Position numbers and translations under genes: made by a program
The notes under the pieces: model-generated
What the model was told of the DNA's origin: nothing
Databases searched by the model: none
The model's input: the letters and a program-made list of their open reading frames with translations, nothing else
NCBI GenBank assembly: GCA_963783375.1
Contig: CAWANH010000028.1
Coordinates: 992,001 to 1,056,000, forward strand
DNA from: Candidatus Eiseniibacteriota bacterium
GTDB taxonomy: Bacteria > Eisenbacteria > RBG-16-71-46 > JABDJR01
DNA: 64,000 nt
Direction of reading: 5' to 3'
Shown: positions 31,878 through 41,782 of the stretch, piece after piece
How positions within the stretch are numbered: the stretch's first letter is position 1
How the letters are laid out: each line of letters opens with the position of its first letter

Positions 31878-32156
31878 CGCTTCGAGCCCCGGCGCGGCGC
31901 TCGGGATCGGCGCCCCATCGGCTCGGCACTCCGCGCTCGCTCGGAACGTCCACTGGACGTTCCATCGCTCGCTCTTCCGGCGCGATGGGACCCGCTTCGC
32001 TCCCATCGCGCCTACAGAGGAGCGCCTCGCTCGAAGGGGCGCCGCCCCCTCGGCCGCGCCCGGGGGCCCGGGGGACAGTTTCCCCCACCCCGCCACCGTG
32101 AGGGAACCCTCCCCCACGCGCGATCCAACCCCGGCGGGCCGCTTCGGACCCTCCCG

Positions 32157-32924
32157 CTACCGCCGCCAGGTCCAGCTGGCCACCGAGAGCGAACCCTCCC
32201 CCACGTGCGCTTCCGCCTGGACGACCGCGTCGACGGCGTCCGGGTCGGGCACGAACCGTGACGTGGCGCCGGTGGCCTCGATCGTTCCGCCGCGGGCCCG
32301 CCAGTTCCAGACCACCTTGCCAGCCAGTTCCGCGGGCAGGTTGGTGCCGGCGGCCAGGGTGAAGCCGCCGCCGGCCGGCTCGGCCTCGATCGTCACCCCG
32401 AAGTGGAGGCCCAGCGCGTCCTGGGGGTGAGGGAGGCTCATGATGGTCGCGGTGCCGGCGGCATCGACATCGACCTTGATCTCCTCGCCCACCCAGCACC
32501 GGGTGCTGTCGTGGCCCTCTCCGTAGGCCACCACCTGGAACTGGGGAGACAGGGTGAACCGGCCGGTTTCCGACCCCGCGGCGGGAGGGCTCCAGCTGAA
32601 GGTGAACGAAAGCGGGGGCAGAAAGGTGAGCGGGCTCGCCGAACCGACCTGGGCATAGACCTGCCCGAGTCCCTCGATCCGCTTGACCAGGGTGTCCACG
32701 ACCGTCCCGCTGAAGGTCACCGACTCGCCGGCGGGCACGGTGTCGCGATCGGCGGTGATCATCATGGTGGTGTCGCGGTTCAACAGGTCGCAGAGAGGCG
32801 GGGGAGGCGGGTCGCAGATCGTGCCCGTGTTGTCGCAGGCCTGCACCGTGGCCGCGGCGGCCGCGCCGACCGCCACCGCCACGTCCCGCTTGGTGAGCCC
32901 CCGGCGCCGCTTCGTCTTCGCCAT
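32157..32924 (-). CDS. Predicted lipoprotein with Tat-like leader, associated with radical SAM gene
   Basis: AAAGGAG RBS; KRRRGLTKRD leader, hydrophobic stretch, lipobox-like VQAC, then DNTGTICDPPPPPLC; beta-rich remainder. Confidence 0.75.
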   Translation of the reverse strand: MAKTKRRRGLTKRDVAVAVGAAAAATVQACDNTGTICDPPPPPLCDLLNRDTTMMITADRDTVPAGESVTFSGTVVDTLVKRIEGLGQVYAQVGSASPLTFLPPLSFTFSWSPPAAGSETGRFTLSPQFQVVAYGEGHDSTRCWVGEEIKVDVDAAGTATIMSLPHPQDALGLHFGVTIEAEPAGGGFTLAAGTNLPAELAGKVVWNWRARGGTIEATGATSRFVPDPDAVDAVVQAEAHVGEGSLSVASWTWRR

Positions 32925-32936
32925 CTCCGACTCCTT

Positions 32937-34535
32937 TCAGAGAACCGCCGGGGCCTCGCCGGCCGGCGATCGACTGCGTTTCAGGCGGGCCCGAAGCGCC
33001 GCCATTTCCCCTTCCAGATCCGCGTCCCGCCGGGCGGTCTCCCAGGCCAGCTCCGAGACCTCGGCGCGGAGGCGCTCCCCCCGCGGATTCGCCGCGGCGA
33101 TCCGGCACGCCCGCTCCAGGAGCCCGCAGGTATCGGCATGGAGCCGCACCTCGAACCTCCCCACGTCGCGACTCAATTCATCCAGCTTCAGGTCGGGCCG
33201 GGCCCGTCCCATCGCCGCCGGTTCGTAGCCCAGGCTCGACGCGCCGTTCAGGAGCCCGTGGATGTGATACGCCCGCCGATGGAAGACGACCCCCACGATC
33301 CGCGACGCCAGCTCCGCCCGCGGGTCGGCGATGCGATAGACCGGCGCCAGCTCCGGCCCGAAGAGACGCCGCTGCCGCCGGAGCCAGCGATCGAGCGGCG
33401 TCCCCGTGTAGATCTCCACCCGGCCCACGTTGAAGGGCACGGTGGGATGCGCGCGGGCGAAGGCCACGTCCTCCCGCACCTCCTCCAGGCGGGTCTCGGG
33501 GTGGAACGAAAGCATGTTGTAGCAGGCGAAGACCCCGAGGTCCTCGAACACCCGGAGCGCCGCGTGGCCGGCGGCGACGGACTGGCCGCGACCGAGCACC
33601 TTCAGGCCGTGGGGGTTTCCCGACTCGATCCCCACGTAGGCGCGGACGAGCCCCGCCTCGCGGAGGGGCGCGATCACCGGTTGGGTCACGATGTCGGGGC
33701 GGATCTTGATCACCACCGCCGCCCGGTCCAGCCCGCGTCCCAGCACCGCATCCCGAAACGCCTCCGCCCGCTCCCGGCTCGCCTCCACCGTGGGACGAAG
33801 GAAGTTGTCGTCGTGGAAGATGAAGATCCGGACCCCGTGTTCCCGGTAGAGCGTCGCCATCTCGTCGGCCATGGCCTCGACGTTCCGCTCCCGCCGCCGG
33901 GATCCGGGACGCTGGCGGCCGAAGGTCTGGATCGAACAATAGGTGCATCCCTGGAGGCAGCCTCGGCTCCCGAGCATCGAGGCCACCGGGAGGCCGGCCT
34001 GGCGGGTGAAGGGTGGGGTCCTCAAAGGGAGGGAGAGCCGGTCCAGGTCCTCCCGCGCCGGACGGGGCGGGGTCTCGACCGTGGTTCCGTTTCGGAACGT
34101 GATGCCTGGAATTTCCGACAGATCGCACCCGTTTTCCAGGGCGGCGGCCAGCTCCACCAGGGTCTCCTCGCCCTCGCCGCGCACCACCGAATCCAGGGCG
34201 GGGGAGAGCTCGAGCAGCCGGCGCGCGGCCACGGTGGCGAACTGTCCCCCCACGGTCAGATGGCCGGTGTAGCCCTCCTCGCGGAGCCGCGCGGCGAGAG
34301 CCAGGAATCGCGGGGCGTGGGCCTGGAAGGCCAGGGAGAGGCCGAGGAGGACGGGCTTCAGGGCCAGCGCGCGCCCGGCCACCGCTTCGGGGGGATCGTC
34401 GGCGTCGAACCGGGTCAGATGGACGGGACGTCCCGCCGCGGCCACCGCCGCCCCCAGGTATCGCAGGGCGAGGTTCTCCTCGGATTCCGCGCCCACCAGC
34501 ACCACGGGCCCGCCGGCCCGACGATGGCTCCCCAT
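32937..34535 (-). CDS. B12-binding domain radical SAM protein
   Basis: ENLALRYL and VGGQFAT...VVRGEGE (cobalamin-binding), SRGCLQGCTYC, FHDDNF, YVGIESG. Confidence 0.92.
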   Translation of the reverse strand: MGSHRRAGGPVVLVGAESEENLALRYLGAAVAAAGRPVHLTRFDADDPPEAVAGRALALKPVLLGLSLAFQAHAPRFLALAARLREEGYTGHLTVGGQFATVAARRLLELSPALDSVVRGEGEETLVELAAALENGCDLSEIPGITFRNGTTVETPPRPAREDLDRLSLPLRTPPFTRQAGLPVASMLGSRGCLQGCTYCSIQTFGRQRPGSRRRERNVEAMADEMATLYREHGVRIFIFHDDNFLRPTVEASRERAEAFRDAVLGRGLDRAAVVIKIRPDIVTQPVIAPLREAGLVRAYVGIESGNPHGLKVLGRGQSVAAGHAALRVFEDLGVFACYNMLSFHPETRLEEVREDVAFARAHPTVPFNVGRVEIYTGTPLDRWLRRQRRLFGPELAPVYRIADPRAELASRIVGVVFHRRAYHIHGLLNGASSLGYEPAAMGRARPDLKLDELSRDVGRFEVRLHADTCGLLERACRIAAANPRGERLRAEVSELAWETARRDADLEGEMAALRARLKRSRSPAGEAPAVL

Positions 34536-34688
34536 CCGTCCTCCTTCCGAAGCTGCTCCGGACCATAGCGCCGGGAAATCATCCTGTCGATTGTCGAACC
34601 CCGCCCGTTCCCATAGGTTCCCGGTCGGTTCCCGATTCCGGTCTCATCCCCGATCCGCGAGGCGGCTCCCTGCGCTATCCTCTCCCGC

Positions 34689-35588
34689 ATGCGGATCGGC
34701 ATCGACCTGGGGGGAACCAAGATCGAGGGCATCGTCCTCGACCCGGACGGCGAGGTGCGCGCGCGGCGGCGGGTCGCCACCCCGCGCGACGACTACGACG
34801 CCACCCTGGATCGGGTGGCGGCGCTCGTGAAGGAACTGCAAGGCACGGCGGGCGGCGATGCCTCGATCGGGATCGGCACCCCGGGCGCGATCTCGCCGGC
34901 CACCGGGCTCATCAAGAACGCCAACTCCACCTGGCTGAACGGGCGGCGGTTGAAGGAGGACCTGGAGCGGCGGCTCGGTCGGGAGATCCGGGTGGCCAAC
35001 GACGCCAACTGCTTCGCCCTCTCCGAGGCGGCCGACGGCGCCGGCGCCGGGGCCTCGATCGTATTCGGGGTGATCGTCGGCACCGGGACCGGAGGCGGCA
35101 TCGTGGTGAACGGTGAGGTGCTCCCCGGCGCCGACGCGATCGCCGGGGAGTGGGGACACAATCCGCTCCCGTGGCCTCGGGAGGACGAGCACCCGGGGCC
35201 GCTCTGCTGGTGCGGCCGGCGGGGATGCCTGGAGCAATACCTCTCCGGCCCCGGCATGACGCGGGATCATCTCGAGCGCACCGGAGAGCGGCTCGAACCG
35301 GCGGAGATCGCCGCGCGGGCCGAAGCGGGCGACGCAGCGGCGAAGGCCACCCTCGACCGCTACGTGGATCGCATGGCCCGCGGACTGGCCACGGTGGTGA
35401 ATCTCCTCGACCCCGACGCGATCGTGCTCGGGGGTGGCATGTCGAACCTGACGGTGCTCTACGAGCGGGTGCCCGCGCTCTGGGGCGACTACGTGTTTTC
35501 GGACCGGATCGATACGGTTCTCCGTCGGCCCGCGCACGGGGACGCGAGCGGGGTTCGCGGAGCGGCCCGGCTCTGGCCGGCGCGGTGA
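34689..35588 (+). CDS. mak: ROK-family sugar kinase (fructokinase Mak-like)
   Basis: IDLGGTK, NANSTWLNG, ANDANCFALSEA, GTGTGGG, GEWGHNPLP, CWCGRRGCLE, HGDASGVRGAA. Confidence 0.88.
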   Translation: MRIGIDLGGTKIEGIVLDPDGEVRARRRVATPRDDYDATLDRVAALVKELQGTAGGDASIGIGTPGAISPATGLIKNANSTWLNGRRLKEDLERRLGREIRVANDANCFALSEAADGAGAGASIVFGVIVGTGTGGGIVVNGEVLPGADAIAGEWGHNPLPWPREDEHPGPLCWCGRRGCLEQYLSGPGMTRDHLERTGERLEPAEIAARAEAGDAAAKATLDRYVDRMARGLATVVNLLDPDAIVLGGGMSNLTVLYERVPALWGDYVFSDRIDTVLRRPAHGDASGVRGAARLWPAR

Positions 35589-35948
35589 TCATCCCACCCG
35601 ATTCCCTGCCGGGAACTACCAAAATCTGAGTCGCGAGGCCCCCCGTTTAGGGCAAACCCCGCAACCTTGCCTGCGGGATCTTGGCGATGGTCGCCCGTCT
35701 CTGCAATCGGGATTTTTGAGTCGATTGATCAACTAAAACGCAGATACACTACACACGGGCATATGTACGTCGACTTTGATTGAATCGGCCTATCCACTGG
35801 TGTACAAGAACAAATGAGGGTGAGGGGACCACCAAATCACATACATCTCGACACCCACACTGGTCCCTGCGACTCATGACTCTTCCGAGGGAACACCCCC
35901 CCCCGGATTCACCAATAACGGCGCCGGAGCGCGCTCAAGTGGATTCGG

Positions 35949-37574
35949 ATGATGGCTGCACATCACCGACGACCTTTCCCCTTTCTCCTCTGGGTCATTG
36001 TGCTCCTAGGGCTGGTACTCCCGCTGTCCTGTTCTCCGAACCGGATTCGCCCCGACGTTGTGGACTACGACGTGTATCCCTTGATCCTTCAGTTCGGCCG
36101 GGTGGAGGTGGGTGCCCGAGTGGAACGGAGCTTCTACGTTCGGAACACCGGGACGTTGCCTTTGGATGTGGAGATCCAGGCCGCGTGCTCCGGATACCGG
36201 GTCCTCGATGGCGAGGGAACGGCAACCCTCCCCGCCGGAGACTCCCTTCGGGTGATGGTGGAGTACGCCCCGACGGCCGGGAGGGAGACCCGGTGCAACA
36301 TCGAAGTGAGCACGTCCCATCACCAGACAACGGTGCAGTGCCTGGGAAACAGCCTGAGAACGTGGGCAGTGGCGGCGGACGGAAGCGGGGATGCCCCCAC
36401 CGTGCAGGCCGCCATCGACAGCGCGATCAGCGGGGACACTATTGTGGTCGGCCCCGGACATTACTACGAGAATATCGATTTCCTTGGGAAGAACATCACG
36501 CTCCGGAGCGCGGAGGGCCCCGAGGTGACGATCCTGGATGGCAGCACCCGGGACAGCTCGGTAGTGATGATGAGGCACGATGAGACCCGTAGCGCCGTCC
36601 TGGAGGGGTTCACGGTCACTGGGGGAAGAGGATGGAAGGCAGCTGGAGTGAGCGTCTACGGAGGGGGGGTCATGTTGGTGGGGGCAAGCGCCACCATTCG
36701 AAACAACGTGATTGTCAAGAATCAGGCTCGGATTGGAGGTGGGCTCGCGACTCAACCCAGCAAGGTAGTATCTTTTCCAGATCCATTGATCGAGAACAAC
36801 ACCTTTCAGGAGAACTCCTGCACCCTTGATGGGGGGGCGGTGGAAATAGCCCAAGGCAACCAAGTGATACGGAACAACAAGTTCTGCAGGAATTCAGCGT
36901 ACGCTGACGGAGGCGCCATCTGGCTCTGGCAGAACCAAGGTCGGGTCACGATCGAAGGCAACGAATTCCTGGAGAACGTGGCCGGCGACCATGGAGCCGG
37001 GATCTATGCTGCCGGGAACCATTCTCTCACTCAGATACGGATCGAGGGCAACCTGTTCATTCGCAACCGCACAACCGGCCCGGGGTTCTTCGGAGATACC
37101 GGCTCCGGCGCCGCAGTCGCGATACTGCAGACCGATGGGGTGGTGCGAAGCAACACGATGGTTGAGAACGACGGTCACCATTTGACCGACTGCGGAGGCG
37201 GAGGTCTCCTGCTCTATCTCACCGGGGTGGGGCTGGTCGTGGTGGACAACATCATCGTGGATAACCAACAGTGTGGAATCGCCTGCTGGTGGGCCGGCAC
37301 AACGGCAACCATGCGCCGGAACCTACTCTGGAACAACGCTGGGGGCAACCTGGGGATTGGCGACGGTGGCTGCCCAAGCACCTGGGCGGACTCGATGATT
37401 GTCGCAGACCCTCTCTTCTGCGATCCAGCCAACGACGACTTCCACGTGGCCGAAAACTCCCCGGCGATACATGGAAAGGAGGTGATGGGAGCGTACAGAG
37501 AACCCGGCTGCGGTCCGAAACCCCCGGCCACAGCCAATCTGTGGAAGTCACTCGGGATCCGACACCGAAACTGA
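35949..37574 (+). CDS. Lipoprotein with Ig-like domain and right-handed parallel beta-helix repeats
   Basis: Lipobox PLSC; FGRVEVG...RNTGTLPL Ig; TVQAAID...GPGHYYENIDFLGK; repeated N-x-A-x-x-GG; ADPLFCD. Confidence 0.82.
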   Translation: MMAAHHRRPFPFLLWVIVLLGLVLPLSCSPNRIRPDVVDYDVYPLILQFGRVEVGARVERSFYVRNTGTLPLDVEIQAACSGYRVLDGEGTATLPAGDSLRVMVEYAPTAGRETRCNIEVSTSHHQTTVQCLGNSLRTWAVAADGSGDAPTVQAAIDSAISGDTIVVGPGHYYENIDFLGKNITLRSAEGPEVTILDGSTRDSSVVMMRHDETRSAVLEGFTVTGGRGWKAAGVSVYGGGVMLVGASATIRNNVIVKNQARIGGGLATQPSKVVSFPDPLIENNTFQENSCTLDGGAVEIAQGNQVIRNNKFCRNSAYADGGAIWLWQNQGRVTIEGNEFLENVAGDHGAGIYAAGNHSLTQIRIEGNLFIRNRTTGPGFFGDTGSGAAVAILQTDGVVRSNTMVENDGHHLTDCGGGGLLLYLTGVGLVVVDNIIVDNQQCGIACWWAGTTATMRRNLLWNNAGGNLGIGDGGCPSTWADSMIVADPLFCDPANDDFHVAENSPAIHGKEVMGAYREPGCGPKPPATANLWKSLGIRHRN

Positions 37575-37628
37575 TCAGCTGGGTTCCGAGTCAGAACACA
37601 AACAGCCAAATCGGGGGAGCGGACAGCC

Positions 37629-38006
37629 GTGGAGGGCCGGATCACCCGGGCCACGCTCCAGTACGCGGTGGACTGCGAGGCGGAAGGTGGCCTTGCGATC
37701 CTGGCCCACCGGGCCCCGGCGGCATGGGATGGACAGACGGTGGACACTCTCTGGTGGGGGAACCATCGGGACGGGCTCGAACGGTCCGACGCGAGCAGCT
37801 TCGAGCTGGCGGATTGCGCGGACGACGAGGTCTCCCTGGACCTGACCCGATGGGTCCGGGCGTGGAAGACCGGAGCGAAGGCGGCCAACGGGGTTGTGCT
37901 CCGCTACCCGGATCTCCCGCTGGAATCCATGGAGGAGACGGGGATCCCCGTCCCCCGGGCGCCGGTTCTGGTGATCCACTATCGACCGGGCACACCGAAC
38001 GAATAA
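37629..38006 (+). pseudogene. DNRLRE-like C-terminal domain fragment
   Basis: DLTRWVRAW...NGVVL...PVLVIHY resembles the DNRLRE-domain end; no signal peptide; in frame with the upstream gene after a single TGA. Confidence 0.4.
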
Positions 38007-38199
38007 CGCCGGCTACTCTGCGGGTGGGTCCGAAAGCCATGTGAGGGGGGAGGGACGCCTGCCGCCCCTCCCCTGCTATGATGGGACTCCGAATCGAGAG
38101 CGCCTCAGCCCTGGTGGGGGCTGAGGACTGCGATCGCTTCCCCCGGCACCGCTGAACCGGTGTAGGATGGCCGAGCGCCCGGAAGCGGAGGATGACTCG

Positions 38200-39368
38200 A
38201 TGAAGGATCCCGTCGAGGCGCTCCTGCCCGATCTCGTCGCGTTGCGGCACAGGTTGCACCAGACCGCGGAGCGATCCGGCGAGGAGTCGAAGACCGCCCG
38301 CGTGGTCGAGGACTTCGTGAGCCGCCTCGACCCCGACGAAGCGGTGACCGGGATCGGAGGGCACGGTCTCGCGTTCGTGTTCCAGGGCGCGGCGGACGGT
38401 CCCACCGTCATGGTGCGGGCCGAGCTGGACGCGCTCCCCATTTCCGATGCCGGCGAACCTGGATCACCGCTCGCTCTCCCCCGGCACGTCCCACAAGTGC
38501 GGCCACGACGGGCACATGACGATCCTGGCCGGGCTGGGGGCGCTCCTCGCCCGCGACCGGCCGGCCGCGCGGCCGGGTGGTGCTCCTCTACCAGCCGGCG
38601 GAGGAGAGCGGCGAGGGCGCGGCGCGGGTCCTCGACGACCCCAAGTTCCAGCCCCTCCGGCCCGACTACGCCTACGGCTTTCACAACCTTCCCGGGGAGT
38701 CGCTCGGCGCGGTGCTCAGCCGGCCCGGGGTCATGACCTGCGCCTCGCGCGGCCTCCACGCGGTTCTCCGGGGCCGCGGCGCCCACGCCGCCCACCCCGA
38801 GCACGGCGTATCCCCCACGCTCCCCATGTGCCGGATCGTGGAGGGGCTGACCGCCCTTCCGTCCATTCCCGACCTTCGGAACCGGGTGGTCCAGGTCACG
38901 GTGGTGCACGCGCGGCTGGGGGAACCCGCCTTCGGGATCGCCCCCGGCGAGGCGGAGATCCTGGCTACCCTCCGCACCGAGGCCGATTCCGACATGGAGC
39001 GCCTGGCCGAGCGGGCGGAGAAGCTGGTTCGCGACCTGGCGACCCTGGCCGGGCTGGGCTACGAGATCGAATGGAAGGACGTCTTCACCGCGGGGGTGAA
39101 CGATCCCGGCGCGGTGGAGGTGGTGCGATGCGCCGCCGAGCAGACGAACCTGGCCTTCCAGCTCATGGACGAACCGATCCGCGAGTCCGAGGACTTCGGC
39201 CGGTTCACCGCCGCCTCCACCGGGGCGTTCTTCGTCCTGGGCTCGGGGAAGAAGGCCCCGCCCCTCCACGACCCCGACTACGATTTCCCCGATCCCCTGA
39301 TCGGGCCGGGGGTGCGGCTCCTCAGGGCCCTGGTGGACGAGGTGCTGGGGCCGCCCGAGCGCCGGTGA
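38200..39368 (+). CDS. M20D amidohydrolase interrupted by two +1 frameshifts (~38450, ~38565)
   Basis: RHRLH and RAELDALP (frame of 38167); HKCGHDGH (frame of 38447); YQPAEESG, HAAHP, SEDF, LHDPDYDF (frame of 38577). Confidence 0.88.
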
Positions 39369-39508
39369 CCGCCCGCCGAGGCCTCGGCGGTTCTGTTCCC
39401 CGGCCGTGACCGCTCTATCCCATTGCGCCCCCGGGCGCGGTTTGCCAAAGTGATGCCGGTCCCAGGCCGCCGGTTCGCGACAAGGCCGGCCAGAGGAGCA
39501 ACTCCACG

Positions 39509-39814
39509 ATGCAACGTCTGACCGTCGATTCCGAGGAGGGATTCTCCATCATCGCCGGGACCGATCGCTCCCAGGCCGCGGTCATGGTCATCGACCGGGG
39601 GAGCGCGACGGGGGGGCCGGAGAACCGTCACCCCAGGAGCGACCAATGGCTCTTCGTGCTCTCGGGATCGGCCACCGCCACCGTGAACGGGGAGAAGGTC
39701 AAGCTCGCCCCGGGAACCCTGCTCCTGATCGAGGCCGGGGAGACCCACGAGATCGTGAACAACGGCGCCGAGCCGTTCCGCGCCCTCAACGTCTACGCGC
39801 CGCCGGCGTACTGA
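39509..39814 (+). CDS. Cupin domain protein
   Basis: NRHPRSDQWLFVLSG...IEAGETHEIVN...NVYAPPAY. Confidence 0.88.
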   Translation: MQRLTVDSEEGFSIIAGTDRSQAAVMVIDRGSATGGPENRHPRSDQWLFVLSGSATATVNGEKVKLAPGTLLLIEAGETHEIVNNGAEPFRALNVYAPPAY

Positions 39815-39909
39815 CCGGACTGCTCGATCGGGACGGGCCGGCGCAGTTCACCCGGGTGAACTGCGCGCGATCCTCCGGGCGGCGTCCCTCGGATCGCGCC
39901 GGCGCCCGC

Positions 39910-40710
39910 TCAGTCCACCGCCAGCTCGCCCCGGAACACGGTCACCGCCTGCCCGGCCAGGATCACCCGGTCGCCGGCCATCCGGGTCCGGACGATCCCC
40001 CCCCGCGCCGAGCACTGGTAGCCGGTGAGCTCCGTCTTCCCCAGCCGCTCCGACCAGTAGGGCGCGAGCGCGCAGTGGGCGGAGCCGGTCACCGGGTCTT
40101 CGGGCACCCCGGAGCCGGGGGCGAAGAACCGGGACACGAAGTCGAATCGCGCGCCGGACTCGTCGGCGGTGCTGGTGACGATCACCCCCCGCACCCCGAG
40201 CGCGGCCAGCCGGCGGAAATCGGGGCGGACCTCGCGCACCGCCGCCTCGTCCTCCAGCTCCAGGAAGTAGTCGAGGCGGGTCTTCCCCACGTAGCGCGGG
40301 GCGATCCCCATGGCGCGGGAGAGGCCCTCGGGTTTGAGGGCCGGGGTCTCGGGGGTGGCGGGAAAGTCCATCTCGATCCAGCCCCCCTTGCGCTCCGCGG
40401 TGAGGCGGCCGCTCTGGGTCTGGAAGTGGGCGGGCCGGTCCGCGGCGACCGCCCCGGTCTCCCACAGCACCTGGGCCGAGGCCAGGGTGGCGTGCCCGCA
40501 GAGGTCCACCTCCACCGTCGGGGTGAACCACCGGAGCGCCCACGCGTCCTTTTCCGGGTGGAGGAAGGCGGTTTCGGAGAGGTTCATCTCCTGCGCCACC
40601 GCCTGCATCCACGCCGCGTCCCGCTCGCGCGCGAGCACGCAGACCGCGGCGGGGTTCCCGGCGAAGGGGTGATCGGTGAAAGCGTCCACGATGACGATCG
40701 GCTGGCCCAT
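39910..40710 (-). CDS. PhzF family isomerase
   Basis: VDAFT, GNPAAV, NLSETAF, EVDLCGHATLA, EDPVTGSAH. Confidence 0.93.
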   Translation of the reverse strand: MGQPIVIVDAFTDHPFAGNPAAVCVLARERDAAWMQAVAQEMNLSETAFLHPEKDAWALRWFTPTVEVDLCGHATLASAQVLWETGAVAADRPAHFQTQSGRLTAERKGGWIEMDFPATPETPALKPEGLSRAMGIAPRYVGKTRLDYFLELEDEAAVREVRPDFRRLAALGVRGVIVTSTADESGARFDFVSRFFAPGSGVPEDPVTGSAHCALAPYWSERLGKTELTGYQCSARGGIVRTRMAGDRVILAGQAVTVFRGELAVD

Positions 40711-40868
40711 CTGTCCTCCTCCTCCCGGGTGGGTACGCCCGGGCATTGTAGCAGTCCAGGGCGAAACCGGCCCGGCCCGCCCGGCCGCGTCCGCCGGGGC
40801 CGGGCGGGGCGACCCGGAGGCCGGTCCCGCTCCCCCTGGGCCGGTTCAACGCGTATGATGGATATGCC

Positions 40869-41759
40869 ATGGCACGGTCGAAACCGGAGCTTGCCAACGA
40901 GGACATCGCCGACGTCCTCGACCGGACCGCCGATCTCCTGGACGCCCAGGACGCCAACCCCTTTCGCGTCCGCGCGTACCGCGACGCCGCCTCGACCGTG
41001 CGCGCCGCCGGCCGGTCGATTGCGGCGGTGGCCCGCGACGACGGCGAGACCGGCCTCGAGGAGCTGCCGGGCATCGGGAAGAGCCTCGCCTCGGCCATCG
41101 AGGAGCTGGTGGCCACCGGCCGGCTGGGGATGCTGGAACGGCTCCAGGGCGAGGTTTCCCCCGAGGGCCTGTTCAAGGTCGTGCCGGGGATCGGCGAGGA
41201 CCTGGCCGGGCGCATCCACCACGAGCTGGGGGTGGAGACCCTGGAGGAGCTGGAGCTGGCCGCCAACGACGGGCGGCTGGCCGGGGTGCCCGGGTTCGGC
41301 CCGCGGCGGGTGCGGGCGGTGCGCGAGACCCTGGACGCCATGCTCCGCCGGTCCTCGCGCCGCCGCGCCCGTCTGGCACGGGACCAGGACAGCGACGGCC
41401 CGGAGGACCGGCCGTCGGTGGCCGCGCTCCTGGCCGTGGACGCCGAGTATCGCGAAAAGGCCGAGGCGGGAGAGCTCCGGAAGATCGCCCCCAGGCGGTT
41501 CAATCCCGAGGGGAAGGCGTGGCTCCCCATCTACCATGCCGAGCGGGACGGGTTCTCGTTCACCGCCCTCTACTCCAACACCGCACGGGCCCACGAGCTG
41601 GAGAAGACCCGGGACTGGGTGGTGGTCTACTTCGCCCGCGACGGCCGCGAGAGCCGGTGTACGGTGGTGACCGAGCACCAGGGAAGGCTCGAGGGGAAGC
41701 GGGTGGTGCGGGGGCGCGAGGCCGAGTGCCTGGACCACTACGCGGATCACGTAAACTGA
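40869..41759 (+). CDS. PolX-N-like helix-hairpin-helix DNA-binding protein without polymerase palm
   Basis: NPFRVRAY, LPGIG, VPGIG, VPGFGP; C-terminal IAPRRFNP...YSNTARAH...DWVV domain. Confidence 0.82.
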   Translation: MARSKPELANEDIADVLDRTADLLDAQDANPFRVRAYRDAASTVRAAGRSIAAVARDDGETGLEELPGIGKSLASAIEELVATGRLGMLERLQGEVSPEGLFKVVPGIGEDLAGRIHHELGVETLEELELAANDGRLAGVPGFGPRRVRAVRETLDAMLRRSSRRRARLARDQDSDGPEDRPSVAALLAVDAEYREKAEAGELRKIAPRRFNPEGKAWLPIYHAERDGFSFTALYSNTARAHELEKTRDWVVVYFARDGRESRCTVVTEHQGRLEGKRVVRGREAECLDHYADHVN

Positions 41760-41782
41760 AACGGGCTTGAAAGGAAGACGCC

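Noticed and set aside
35650-35700. GGGCAAACCCCGCA...TGCGGGA resembling a c-di-GMP-I riboswitch P1/P2
   Set aside because: No GNRA loop, and the following conserved GACGCAAAG/P3 element is missing.
38103-38124. Hairpin CCTCAGCCC...GGGCTGAGG before the amidohydrolase as a riboswitch
   Set aside because: Single stem with no recognisable aptamer consensus.
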